DNA of 60,420 bases from a virus. Its lineage: Duplodnaviria; Caudoviricetes. The notes under the pieces were generated by a model. That model searched no databases and was not told the DNA's origin. It saw nothing but the letters and a program-made list of their open reading frames with translations. Shown here piece after piece: positions 28,163 through 36,297 of this stretch. Both the position numbers and the translations under genes were made by a program. Each line of letters starts with the position of its first letter. Position 1 is the first letter of the stretch. The DNA lies in the IMG/VR virus record IMGVR_UViG_3300032225_000805, positions 1 through 60,420 of that record. One strand, given 5' to 3'.

Positions 28163-29752
28163 ATGGCAATAGTAAAACAAGTCCACTTTGGACAGGAAGC
28201 AAAAGACTCACTATTAAAAGGGATAAACACAATAGCAGACGCAGTAAAGAGCACACTCGGAGCAAGGGGTAACACCGTGTTAATTGAATCAGAGTTTCAT
28301 GTAGGTGGGTTGACAATAACAAAGGATGGTGTAACCGTGGCAAACAGTATCAACCTAATGAACCCAACAGAGAACCTAGCAGTGGTCATGATGAAGCAGG
28401 CTGCCGACAAGACCGCAGTAACAGCTGGAGATGGAACAACGACTAGTATCGTCTTAACACAGGGTATAGTATTAGAGTCTGAGGATAAACTAAAGCCACA
28501 CATGAACAAGACGGAGGTAATGAGACACATCCGTAAGGCGGCCAAAGAAGTTGAGAAAAAACTAGACGAAACATCTGTAAAGGTTAGTGGGGATACGTTA
28601 AAATACGTTGCCGCCATTAGTGCGAATAACGATGAAGAAATAGGGGGTATTATATCAGCTGCATACGAAAGCGTTGGTGATGGTGGAGTTGTTACTGTAG
28701 AGAATAGCACTGGTGCCAAGACGTACAGCACAACGATAAAGGGAATGAAGGTTGACAGGGGATGGGCAAGTAAGTACTTCATCAACAGCCAAAAGACACA
28801 GGAGTGTATCCTTGAAAACCCTTACATCTTGGTTGCAGACCTAGAAATCAACTTAGTGGCTTCAATAGAGCACTTGTTGATGCATGCCATGAGCGAGAAC
28901 AGACCAATTCTAATCATCGGGGAGGTAAGCGAGCAGGTTCTTAATGCATTGAACACAAACGTGCAAAGAGGGATAATTAAAATATGTTCAATCATACCAC
29001 CTAACTTTGGATACAAGAAGGGAGAGGAGATGGCCGACATCGCAGCGTATGTAGGCGGAAAGTACATCAGCGAAGGAACAGGTGATAACTTAGAGTTAGT
29101 TAAGACAACAGACTTAGGAAAAGCGAAGAGGGTTATAGTTGGATTAAAGCACACGATTATCATGACAGACGATGAAGCCAATGAGAAGTCGTTACCAGAA
29201 AGAATAGATGGATTAGAAATTGAGATGGCAGAGAAGGATAACATAGACGAGAAGAACTACATCGCATCAAGGATTGCAAACCTAAAGGGAGGTGTTGCAG
29301 TGATTACAGTTGGTGCAAACTCAGACATAGAGCTAAAGGAGAAGAGAGATAGAGTTGACGATGCTGTATGTGCAACAAAGGCAGCGATAGAAGACGGTAT
29401 TCTATCTGGTGGAGGAATAGCTTTATACGATATCAGTAAAGAGATGGCATACGGAGACGATGAAGACGGTAGGGTTGCTTGGGCGATACTAAGCGAGGCT
29501 ATGCAGTATCCATTCAGACAAATCTTAATAAATGCAGGGAAGGATGTAAAGAAGGCCGAGGAAGAAATGGTTCTTAGAGACTTAGGGTTTGGATACGATG
29601 TGAAAGAAGAGAGGTTTGGGAACATGATGGAGTTCGGGATTATCGACCCAACTAAGGTAACAAAGAGCGCACTAGAGAATGCTGTTAGTGTTGCAACGAC
29701 TATATTGTCAACAAACTGCATTGTAACAAACGTAAGAGCAATAAATGAATAA
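28163..29752 (+). CDS. groEL: Chaperonin GroEL (phage-encoded)
   Basis: TLGARG, ITKDGVTVA, AGDGTTT, ISANND, GGVAVI.VGA.S..E.KE..DRVDDA, GIIDPTKV. Confidence 0.97.
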   Translation: MAIVKQVHFGQEAKDSLLKGINTIADAVKSTLGARGNTVLIESEFHVGGLTITKDGVTVANSINLMNPTENLAVVMMKQAADKTAVTAGDGTTTSIVLTQGIVLESEDKLKPHMNKTEVMRHIRKAAKEVEKKLDETSVKVSGDTLKYVAAISANNDEEIGGIISAAYESVGDGGVVTVENSTGAKTYSTTIKGMKVDRGWASKYFINSQKTQECILENPYILVADLEINLVASIEHLLMHAMSENRPILIIGEVSEQVLNALNTNVQRGIIKICSIIPPNFGYKKGEEMADIAAYVGGKYISEGTGDNLELVKTTDLGKAKRVIVGLKHTIIMTDDEANEKSLPERIDGLEIEMAEKDNIDEKNYIASRIANLKGGVAVITVGANSDIELKEKRDRVDDAVCATKAAIEDGILSGGGIALYDISKEMAYGDDEDGRVAWAILSEAMQYPFRQILINAGKDVKKAEEEMVLRDLGFGYDVKEERFGNMMEFGIIDPTKVTKSALENAVSVATTILSTNCIVTNVRAINE

Positions 29753-29912
29753 GTTTTTTTTTAAATTTATAGGCATAAAGCCTGACGGTAAAGGGTTCTA
29801 TAAATACAACCCATTAATTTGGGCAATTGTTGTACTAGCAAGTATAGCAAATGGCATTGGTGAGTGCATAGAATATTTTATAAACAGTAAAAATGAAATC
29901 TTAAGTAAATGA
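29745..29912 (+). CDS. 55-aa membrane peptide between groEL and groES (not in ORF track)
   Basis: MNKFFFKFIGIKPDGKGFYKYNPLIWAIVVLASIANGIGECIEYFINSKNEILSK; overlaps the groEL stop and has an ATGA overlap with groES. Confidence 0.6.
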   Translation: MNKFFFKFIGIKPDGKGFYKYNPLIWAIVVLASIANGIGECIEYFINSKNEILSK

Positions 29913-30172
29913 AAGCATTAGGGAAATACATAGTGATAAAAAAAATAGTAGAGGAGAAGACGAGTAAGTCTGGGTTGGTTTTAACAGCATCAGACTTGGC
30001 CGACTTGAGGTACTCTAAGGGCAAGGTTCAACTTGTTGGAACGGAAATTAAGTACATCAACGAAGGAGACATTGTTTACTACGACAAGGTAGCCGCATTT
30101 GATATCAGACTAGATGGTGTAATGCAATCAGTTATAAAGGAGAACGATGTCGTTGTTTGTACTCCTGATTAA
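29909..30172 (+). CDS. groES: Co-chaperonin GroES
   Basis: MKALGKYIVI..EEKTSKSGLVL..G.V..VG....GD.V.Y...I.E.DV. Confidence 0.9.
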   Translation: MKALGKYIVIKKIVEEKTSKSGLVLTASDLADLRYSKGKVQLVGTEIKYINEGDIVYYDKVAAFDIRLDGVMQSVIKENDVVVCTPD

Positions 30173-30581
30173 TTAAAGAAAAGTTATGCCTGTAGCCCTT
30201 AGCTCTTAGGGGTGTAAAGTTTGGCAATACACTATTCCTTTGGTAGAAATCATTTATAGGATTTTCACCAAGAAGCATTTTATAGAAATCGGTAACGATT
30301 TCTTTTGCTTTTGGGGATAGTCCATATATCTTAGTCCTCTTTGAGTCGGTATCCTTAAAAACATAAAGAAGTCCATTTTTCAGGAGCCACTTTAGTCTAC
30401 CAAACCTATATGGAAGGATTTTCTGTGCCTGATTGAAGGTATCCTCGGTAAAATAAGACTCGTGGAATAGGAAGCAGATTAGCCCCAAGTCGTCTTCATT
30501 TAAGTCGTGTTTTGCCTTTATAGTAGATTTAATTAAAATTATGTACTTTAAGAAATTGTGTTTTTCTTTATCGTATCTCAT
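30132..30581 (-). CDS. Winged-helix (MarR-like) putative regulator
   Basis: L...DL..ICFL...L..LLKNGLL...KIYGLSPKAK; start MRYDK at 30581, 6 nt after TATCTTTG. Confidence 0.6.
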   Translation of the reverse strand: MRYDKEKHNFLKYIILIKSTIKAKHDLNEDDLGLICFLFHESYFTEDTFNQAQKILPYRFGRLKWLLKNGLLYVFKDTDSKRTKIYGLSPKAKEIVTDFYKMLLGENPINDFYQRNSVLPNFTPLRAKGYRHNFSLINQEYKQRHRSPL

Positions 30582-30587
30582 ATTTGA

Positions 30588-30606
30588 CAAAGATATCATA
30601 TATTTG
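30588..30606. promoter_or_regulatory. Back-to-back TAnnTTTG promoters
   Basis: Minus-strand TATCTTTG (30588-30595) and plus-strand TATATTTG (30599-30606). Confidence 0.65.
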
Positions 30607-30610
30607 CATA

Positions 30611-30889
30611 ATGTCACTAGGTAGAACAGCGAAATTTTATAGGGATAATCCAGATGCCAGAAAACGACATAGGGAATATCAGGCAGAATACCAAAAGTCA
30701 CCGTCTCAGGTAGCAAAGAGAGTTGAGTTGAATAAGTTTAATAGAGACAATGGAACGTATGGTAACGGTGATGGTAAGGATGCAGCTCATAAAAACTCTA
30801 AGCTAGTAGGATTCAAGAGTGCGTCTGCAAATAGAGGAGATAAAAACGACAGCGCTGGAGATAGAAGAGCTAGGGGTGGTAAAAAATAA
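30611..30889 (+). CDS. Small basic HNH-like protein
   Basis: GDGKDAAH...SASANRG; start MSLG at 30611. Confidence 0.55.
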   Translation: MSLGRTAKFYRDNPDARKRHREYQAEYQKSPSQVAKRVELNKFNRDNGTYGNGDGKDAAHKNSKLVGFKSASANRGDKNDSAGDRRARGGKK

Positions 30890-30910
30890 CTTAAAAAATA
30901 AAAACATAAA

Positions 30911-31636
30911 ATGGCAGTATATAAACAACAATTAACAAACGGATACTCAAGGGCAACAAAGGTAAATCCATCTGATTCAGCATTTATACCTAACCCAGCA
31001 CAAGGAAACAACAAGTCAGAATTAGCTTCATTAACTGGAACACTAACTAGTGGCTCTTTAACAAGTATAGCTATAGGTACTGCTGGTAAGGGATATATTG
31101 TACCTCCACAGATTGTTGTAGGTACCGAATGGGCAGCAAGCACTGCAATTACATCTGGAGCTCAAATATTTTATGGAGCTAACCTATACACTGTTAATGG
31201 AAGTGGGACTACATCTACAACTCCACCTACTGACACATCAGGTAGTACAATAACAGATGGAACAGCTACTTATAGATGGGTAGGTATAGCAGCTAAAGTA
31301 AGCGCTGTAATAAATGGAAACAATACAATTGGTGGCGCATTGACACTTGTTATAGATAACAAAGGAAGTAGTTATGCTTCAGCTCCAGCACTTACAATTG
31401 TTGGCGGAACATTTGCTCCAAATCTACCTGTTGAGGGTGCATTTATTCAGTGTTATAATACAGCTACATATCAAGTAAGAGTAACTACAATAGGAGGTGA
31501 TATTGTAATATTTAAGCTTACTGCTGGAACCCAAACATTGCCAGTATTGGCAACTAAAGTATGGGATACAGATGGCGTAGGTGGTGCGTCAGGAACAGGA
31601 ACAACATTACTTACAGACATAATCGCAATGTGGTAA
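30911..31636 (+). CDS. Putative virion decoration/structural protein with inserted GxGY..P hairpin and 52-aa beta domain
   Basis: N-term V.PSD..IPNP and C-term T.GGD.V.F..G..LPV..KV..T..IIAMW flank the insertion; T/G/S rich. Confidence 0.6.
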   Translation: MAVYKQQLTNGYSRATKVNPSDSAFIPNPAQGNNKSELASLTGTLTSGSLTSIAIGTAGKGYIVPPQIVVGTEWAASTAITSGAQIFYGANLYTVNGSGTTSTTPPTDTSGSTITDGTATYRWVGIAAKVSAVINGNNTIGGALTLVIDNKGSSYASAPALTIVGGTFAPNLPVEGAFIQCYNTATYQVRVTTIGGDIVIFKLTAGTQTLPVLATKVWDTDGVGGASGTGTTLLTDIIAMW

Positions 31637-31637
31637 T

Positions 31638-31865
31638 ATGGATATAAAACTTTCAAACTGGAACAAAGAGTCACACGCTACACTGGTAATGCTAGGTGGT
31701 ATCGTTGCGTCTTTAACGGCATTTATGCCTCAATTCTTAAGTGTACTACACGAAGCCCCGTTTACGATAAGTAACGAGGTGGACAATTGGATTTTTTGGA
31801 TTTTCAAAATGGCAACTGTGGCACTTGCTGGGTTAAGCATCTTCTATAAATCATCGCAGGAATAA
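31638..31865 (+). CDS. Holin-like membrane protein
   Basis: Two predicted TM segments, near the endolysin. Confidence 0.55.
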   Translation: MDIKLSNWNKESHATLVMLGGIVASLTAFMPQFLSVLHEAPFTISNEVDNWIFWIFKMATVALAGLSIFYKSSQE

Positions 31866-31866
31866 A

Positions 31867-32226
31867 ATGATTGACGTAATAATTGAGAAGATTAAGAACA
31901 TTACACTACCAGTTGGTGTTATTTGGGGGTTATTAGGCGCAAATATATACATATTTGGCGCAAAGAATAGGTTTACATTTGGTCAAAAAATTTTAATAAT
32001 ACTAAACGGTGTTGTAGCTAGTTATTTAACTGGTATGCTGTGCGAACAGTATAGTATATCTACAGCTATGACAGCAGTTGCTGGGTATGTTAGCGGAATG
32101 TTCGGATACTCAATAGTTGTTCATGCAATAGAGAACCAAGCGAGTTGGATGCACTACTTTACGGTAAAGGCTAGCGAATTAATTGATACAATTGTTAATA
32201 AAATAAAGAAAACAATATCGAAATAA
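31867..32226 (+). CDS. Holin-like membrane protein
   Basis: Three hydrophobic segments, basic C-terminus, upstream of the endolysin. Confidence 0.6.
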   Translation: MIDVIIEKIKNITLPVGVIWGLLGANIYIFGAKNRFTFGQKILIILNGVVASYLTGMLCEQYSISTAMTAVAGYVSGMFGYSIVVHAIENQASWMHYFTVKASELIDTIVNKIKKTISK

Positions 32227-32262
32227 CATTTTATTATAAATCAATGTATTATATTTGCGAAT

Positions 32263-32547
32263 ATGGATATAGAAAAAATACACAACGATGTTGTTATTGC
32301 TATAGGAAACGAATATAATGACAAGGACTTATTTGCAAAACATTTCAACATTGCAATACAAAGAGTAAAGCCAAATGAAAATGAAAACTCTATTCTGTAT
32401 TCAGTTTTATACAGCATGCAGAATATGTTAAAAGACTATTCAAACAGCAAACCAAGAACTAAAGGTGGTAAGGTTGCTAGAGTTTTAGCTAAAATAGAAA
32501 TAGCATTATTCCCATTCTTAAAGAATTTAAAAATAAAAATTAAATAA
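32263..32547 (+). CDS. Hypothetical protein in the lysis cluster
   Basis: 94 aa; TATATTTG 5 nt upstream of ATG. Confidence 0.6.
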   Translation: MDIEKIHNDVVIAIGNEYNDKDLFAKHFNIAIQRVKPNENENSILYSVLYSMQNMLKDYSNSKPRTKGGKVARVLAKIEIALFPFLKNLKIKIK

Positions 32548-32548
32548 T

Positions 32549-33025
32549 ATGGAATCAAAAAATTTATTAAATAGCCCATTAGATATAGCAGTTTCGCAAC
32601 TTGGCGTGTCAGAGCAACCTAAAGGAAGTAACTGGGGTGAATCAATACAAAAATACCTAGCATCTGTAGGCATTACATTCCCAGCCAGCTGGTGTATGTC
32701 TTTCGTATACTGGTGTGTAAACGAATACTGCAAGCAAAACAAAATTAAAAATCCTTTAGTTAAAACTGGTGGAGTATTGGCACAGTGGAATAAAATACCA
32801 GATGCCATGAAGGTGCAAACCCCAAAAGCTGGTGATATATTCATCATGGACTTTGGTTCAGGACATGGTCACACAGGATTTGTTTCATCGGTGAAAGGAA
32901 GTAGGATAAATACTATTGAAGGGAACTCCAATGACGAAGGAAGCCGTGAAGGCTTTGAAGTTTGCAGAAAGCCAAACGGTAGATTAATAAGCTCTTGCAA
33001 GGGTTTTATTAGGCTTACATTTTAA
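32549..33025 (+). CDS. CHAP-domain endolysin
   Basis: SWCMSFVYWC, PKAGDIF, GHTGFV, TIEGNS. Confidence 0.9.
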   Translation: MESKNLLNSPLDIAVSQLGVSEQPKGSNWGESIQKYLASVGITFPASWCMSFVYWCVNEYCKQNKIKNPLVKTGGVLAQWNKIPDAMKVQTPKAGDIFIMDFGSGHGHTGFVSSVKGSRINTIEGNSNDEGSREGFEVCRKPNGRLISSCKGFIRLTF

Positions 33026-33042
33026 TAAAAAAAATAAACAAT

Positions 33043-34200
33043 ATGGGTAAATGGACATCGTTTAATAGCGAGATAATTTCACTGCTTCAAGAAAACGAGG
33101 CCATGAGCAATCATCTATGTGCACAGACAATCTTAAAGACAGAAAAGTCAAAGGATGAAAGCATAGATGTCAATAGCCTAACACAGCATATTAGAAGACA
33201 TAGGGCTGAGTTACTAGATAAAAACGAGGGTATTTATAACGCTACAGAAGAGTTAGATGTCCCGAATAGTAAGGTAAAACATCTGTGGGTTAAGACTAAG
33301 AATACATCGTTGTTTGTAAAAAACCCAGACTACAAGGACAACGAAGAAAATGATTACGAGTTATTAAGAGCAAAGTTACTAGAAGAGATAAAAGTATATG
33401 CACCTAGTATTGAGAAGATAGAAAGAGTACAAAGTACAGACGAGCATCTATTAGTATTAGACCCAAGCGATTTACATATCGGTAAGCTATGTTCATCTTT
33501 TGAGACAGGAGAAGATTATAACTCACAAATTGCTGTCAAAAGAGTAATGGAAGGTGTTAAAGGATTACTAAATAAAGCGTGTTCATGGAACGTGAACAAG
33601 ATAATTTTCATTGGTGGTAACGACATTTTACACGTTGACAATCCAAAGAATACAACAACTAGCGGTACTTACCAAGACTGCGATGGTATGTGGTATGATA
33701 ACTTTGTTATAGCTAAAAAATTATACATTGATATATTAACTTTATTAATGCAGGTAGCAGATGTACACTTTACTTACAATCCTTCTAACCATGATTTTTC
33801 AAACGGATTCTTCCTGTGTCAAACAATAGAGGCTTATTTCTCTAACTGTGAGAATATTACATTTAGCGTGGACATGAGCCATCGAAAGTATAGTGTGTAT
33901 GGCTCAAACTTAATAGGAACTACTCATGGAGATGGAGCGAAGACAGCAGACCTTCCTTTATTGATGGCACATGAAAGCCCTGAATGGAGTTCTTGTAAGC
34001 ATAGATACATCTATACGCACCATATCCATCATAAGATGAGTAAAGACTTTATGAGCGTTTGTGTAGAGAGCTTGAGAAGTCCTAGCGGAACCGATGGATG
34101 GCACCATCGAAACGGGTATCAGCATGCACCTAAGGCAATTGAGGCATTTATTCACCACAAAGACCATGGCCAAGTAGCCAGACTAAACCATATATTCTAA
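33043..34200 (+). CDS. Calcineurin-like metallophosphoesterase/nuclease
   Basis: SDLHIG, GND..H.D, SNHD, HGD, H.HH. Confidence 0.8.
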   Translation: MGKWTSFNSEIISLLQENEAMSNHLCAQTILKTEKSKDESIDVNSLTQHIRRHRAELLDKNEGIYNATEELDVPNSKVKHLWVKTKNTSLFVKNPDYKDNEENDYELLRAKLLEEIKVYAPSIEKIERVQSTDEHLLVLDPSDLHIGKLCSSFETGEDYNSQIAVKRVMEGVKGLLNKACSWNVNKIIFIGGNDILHVDNPKNTTTSGTYQDCDGMWYDNFVIAKKLYIDILTLLMQVADVHFTYNPSNHDFSNGFFLCQTIEAYFSNCENITFSVDMSHRKYSVYGSNLIGTTHGDGAKTADLPLLMAHESPEWSSCKHRYIYTHHIHHKMSKDFMSVCVESLRSPSGTDGWHHRNGYQHAPKAIEAFIHHKDHGQVARLNHIF

Positions 34201-34201
34201 C

Positions 34202-34399
34202 ATGACACAATTAACTTTTACAACCGATTGCAAAGATGAAGCTAAGGTACTTTTACATGCAGTAGAAAAATCAATAGCTGTTGCAGACCTAAGAAATAAT
34301 TTAAGATATAAATTAAAAGATACAGACTTTGGAGATTACCAAAACTTTATGGAGGAATTATATAAGGAAATCTGCGAAATAGATAGTATAGGACAATGA
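34202..34399 (+). CDS. Hypothetical protein
   Basis: 65-aa ORF, coupled to neighbours. Confidence 0.55.
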   Translation: MTQLTFTTDCKDEAKVLLHAVEKSIAVADLRNNLRYKLKDTDFGDYQNFMEELYKEICEIDSIGQ

Positions 34400-34590
34400 T
34401 GGTTAGATGTAATAATAAAAAATGCAAAAAGAAGAATGTTTGCATGAGGTTTATAGAAGAAAAGAATAGTAAATCTATTGTTATGGAAATAGAGCCAGAG
34501 ATTAATGATTCTGAAAATTTCAGGTGTGATAGCATTATTACATTTAAAAAAGACTTCAGAAAATACAGAACTATATTACAATTAAGATAA
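34396..34590 (+). CDS. Small Cys-rich protein
   Basis: C....C.....C.RF...C. Confidence 0.55.
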   Translation: MMVRCNNKKCKKKNVCMRFIEEKNSKSIVMEIEPEINDSENFRCDSIITFKKDFRKYRTILQLR

Positions 34591-34608
34591 TAGTCATATA
34601 TTTGTAGC

Positions 34609-35034
34609 ATGAAAGAAATACAAGATTATCAAGCTGCCACCAGTATAACTAACCTATCAAAGCTATTTGGTTCTGATGCAGATGGTAGTACTAAAAACTT
34701 TGTGATGTCAGACGTTTCAAAGTTTGCAAGAACGAAATCTGTAAAAACTATAAACGCTTCAAATGAAGTAGCTCTTTCTGACGCTAACAACATAATATAC
34801 TGTACCCTTGCAAGTAATTCGGTGCTAAACTTAAACACAAACGCAACAGCAGCAATACCAGTTGGGTCTGAGGTAACAGTTGTAAAAACAAACCTGTTTA
34901 CATTGTCTGTGTCACCTGCCGTTGGGGTAACACTAAACGGAGGCACATCTGCTATAACAACAACAACGTCTCAGGCATATATTGTTTTAACAAAGGTTGG
35001 AACAGATGTATGGATGTTGTCTCAATTATCATAG
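34609..35034 (+). CDS. Putative fibre/structural protein
   Basis: IPVGSEVTVV..V..AVGVTLN..L.KVGTDVW beta domain typical of fibre tips. Confidence 0.55.
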   Translation: MKEIQDYQAATSITNLSKLFGSDADGSTKNFVMSDVSKFARTKSVKTINASNEVALSDANNIIYCTLASNSVLNLNTNATAAIPVGSEVTVVKTNLFTLSVSPAVGVTLNGGTSAITTTTSQAYIVLTKVGTDVWMLSQLS

Positions 35035-35061
35035 TAAATAAATAAAATTAAATAAAATATC

Positions 35062-35292
35062 ATGAACGAAAAACTTACAGAAGAAGAATTAGCACAATTA
35101 GTAGAGGCTAGAGAGTCACTATATGTTTCACAGATGAAGCTAGGCGATGCACAATATAAGGTGCATTTAGCTACTATGGAGTTTCAGAAGTATGCAACAG
35201 ACATAGAGTCTATTCAAAAAACATTATACGAGAAGTATGGTGACTTTGAATTAAATTTAAACACAGGAGATATTATTAGAGATGGAAATTAG
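35062..35292 (+). CDS. Small coiled-coil protein
   Basis: KLTEEEL..L....L.EKYG...NL.TG. Confidence 0.65.
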   Translation: MNEKLTEEELAQLVEARESLYVSQMKLGDAQYKVHLATMEFQKYATDIESIQKTLYEKYGDFELNLNTGDIIRDGN

Positions 35293-35506
35293 GAAAATAT
35301 CTGTAGGTTTAGACTGTAAAGACGGTGCCATGCATTACATCCACGGGCAGTCTATATTAAATGGCACCCATAAAATACATTTGATAAAAATGGATGAGTA
35401 TGGATGCATAGTAATATGGATTGAAAACGACCAAAAGGAAGTTATGCAGTGGAAGTCTTTCAACATAAACATGCCAATATCAATTGAGTATAATATAAAC
35501 TTTTAA
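35282..35506 (+). CDS. Conserved phage hypothetical protein
   Basis: IRKISVG.D.K..AMHY...WK.FN.NMPISIEY. Confidence 0.7.
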   Translation: MEIRKISVGLDCKDGAMHYIHGQSILNGTHKIHLIKMDEYGCIVIWIENDQKEVMQWKSFNINMPISIEYNINF

Positions 35507-35509
35507 AAT

Positions 35510-36031
35510 ATGCGTTCACCATACTGCTTCATGTGCAGGCCTGTTGGTGGAGTTAGATATGATTCGGTAAATAAAAGTGGCCTTGTTTTAAGCGCCTCTT
35601 TAGAAGACCATACTACCACTAATAGACAGGCGGAGATAATCTCACTTCCACTAAACTATTCTGGAGAGATTCAAGTAGGCGACATCCTGCTTGTGCACCA
35701 CAATACATTTAGAAAATATTTTGATATGAAGGGAAGAGAAAAAAGCTCTCCTTCATTTTTTAAAGACGACTTGTTTTTAATATTCCCAGACCAATACTTT
35801 ATGTATAGTAGGGATGGAGTTTGGTATGCGCCAAGCCCTTACTGCTTTATGTCATTGTGCGATGAGCCATTGACTGCTGTAGTTGAGTATCCAAACATAG
35901 ACATGATAAATTCAGGAATATTGAAAGGCGATAAGGTGGTATATCAACCAGACTCTGACTACGAGTTCAGGATAGACGATAAGAAATTGTACAGAATGTT
36001 TAATCGAAATATATGCATACAACTGACCTAA
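35510..36031 (+). CDS. GroES-like protein (probably two tandem GroES folds)
   Basis: KSGLVL..A.I...P...IQVGD...VHHN, then APSPYCF...GDKVVY...YEF.ID..LYRM. Confidence 0.6.
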   Translation: MRSPYCFMCRPVGGVRYDSVNKSGLVLSASLEDHTTTNRQAEIISLPLNYSGEIQVGDILLVHHNTFRKYFDMKGREKSSPSFFKDDLFLIFPDQYFMYSRDGVWYAPSPYCFMSLCDEPLTAVVEYPNIDMINSGILKGDKVVYQPDSDYEFRIDDKKLYRMFNRNICIQLT

Positions 36032-36297
36032 GAGAAGAGATTATAAAAGCTGGAAGGATAGCTGTAAAGGAATTGATAAAGGTAGCCAAGGAGGCTATTA
36101 TAACCAATGACGAAGACAATCTATCAGCTGATAAGCTAAAGAGCGCTGCACAGGCCAAAAGAATAGCAATAGAGGATGCGTTTGCTATACTAGACAAGAT
36201 AGATGCGCAAGAGAGTGCTATTGGATTAAGTAACAACACTGCTGATATCAGAATAGTTGACACTAAAGGATTTGCAGAAAAGAGGTCATCTAAATAA
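36013..36297 (+). CDS. Putative terminase small subunit
   Basis: Helical 94-aa protein directly upstream of and coupled to terL. Confidence 0.5.
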   Translation: MHTTDLREEIIKAGRIAVKELIKVAKEAIITNDEDNLSADKLKSAAQAKRIAIEDAFAILDKIDAQESAIGLSNNTADIRIVDTKGFAEKRSSK

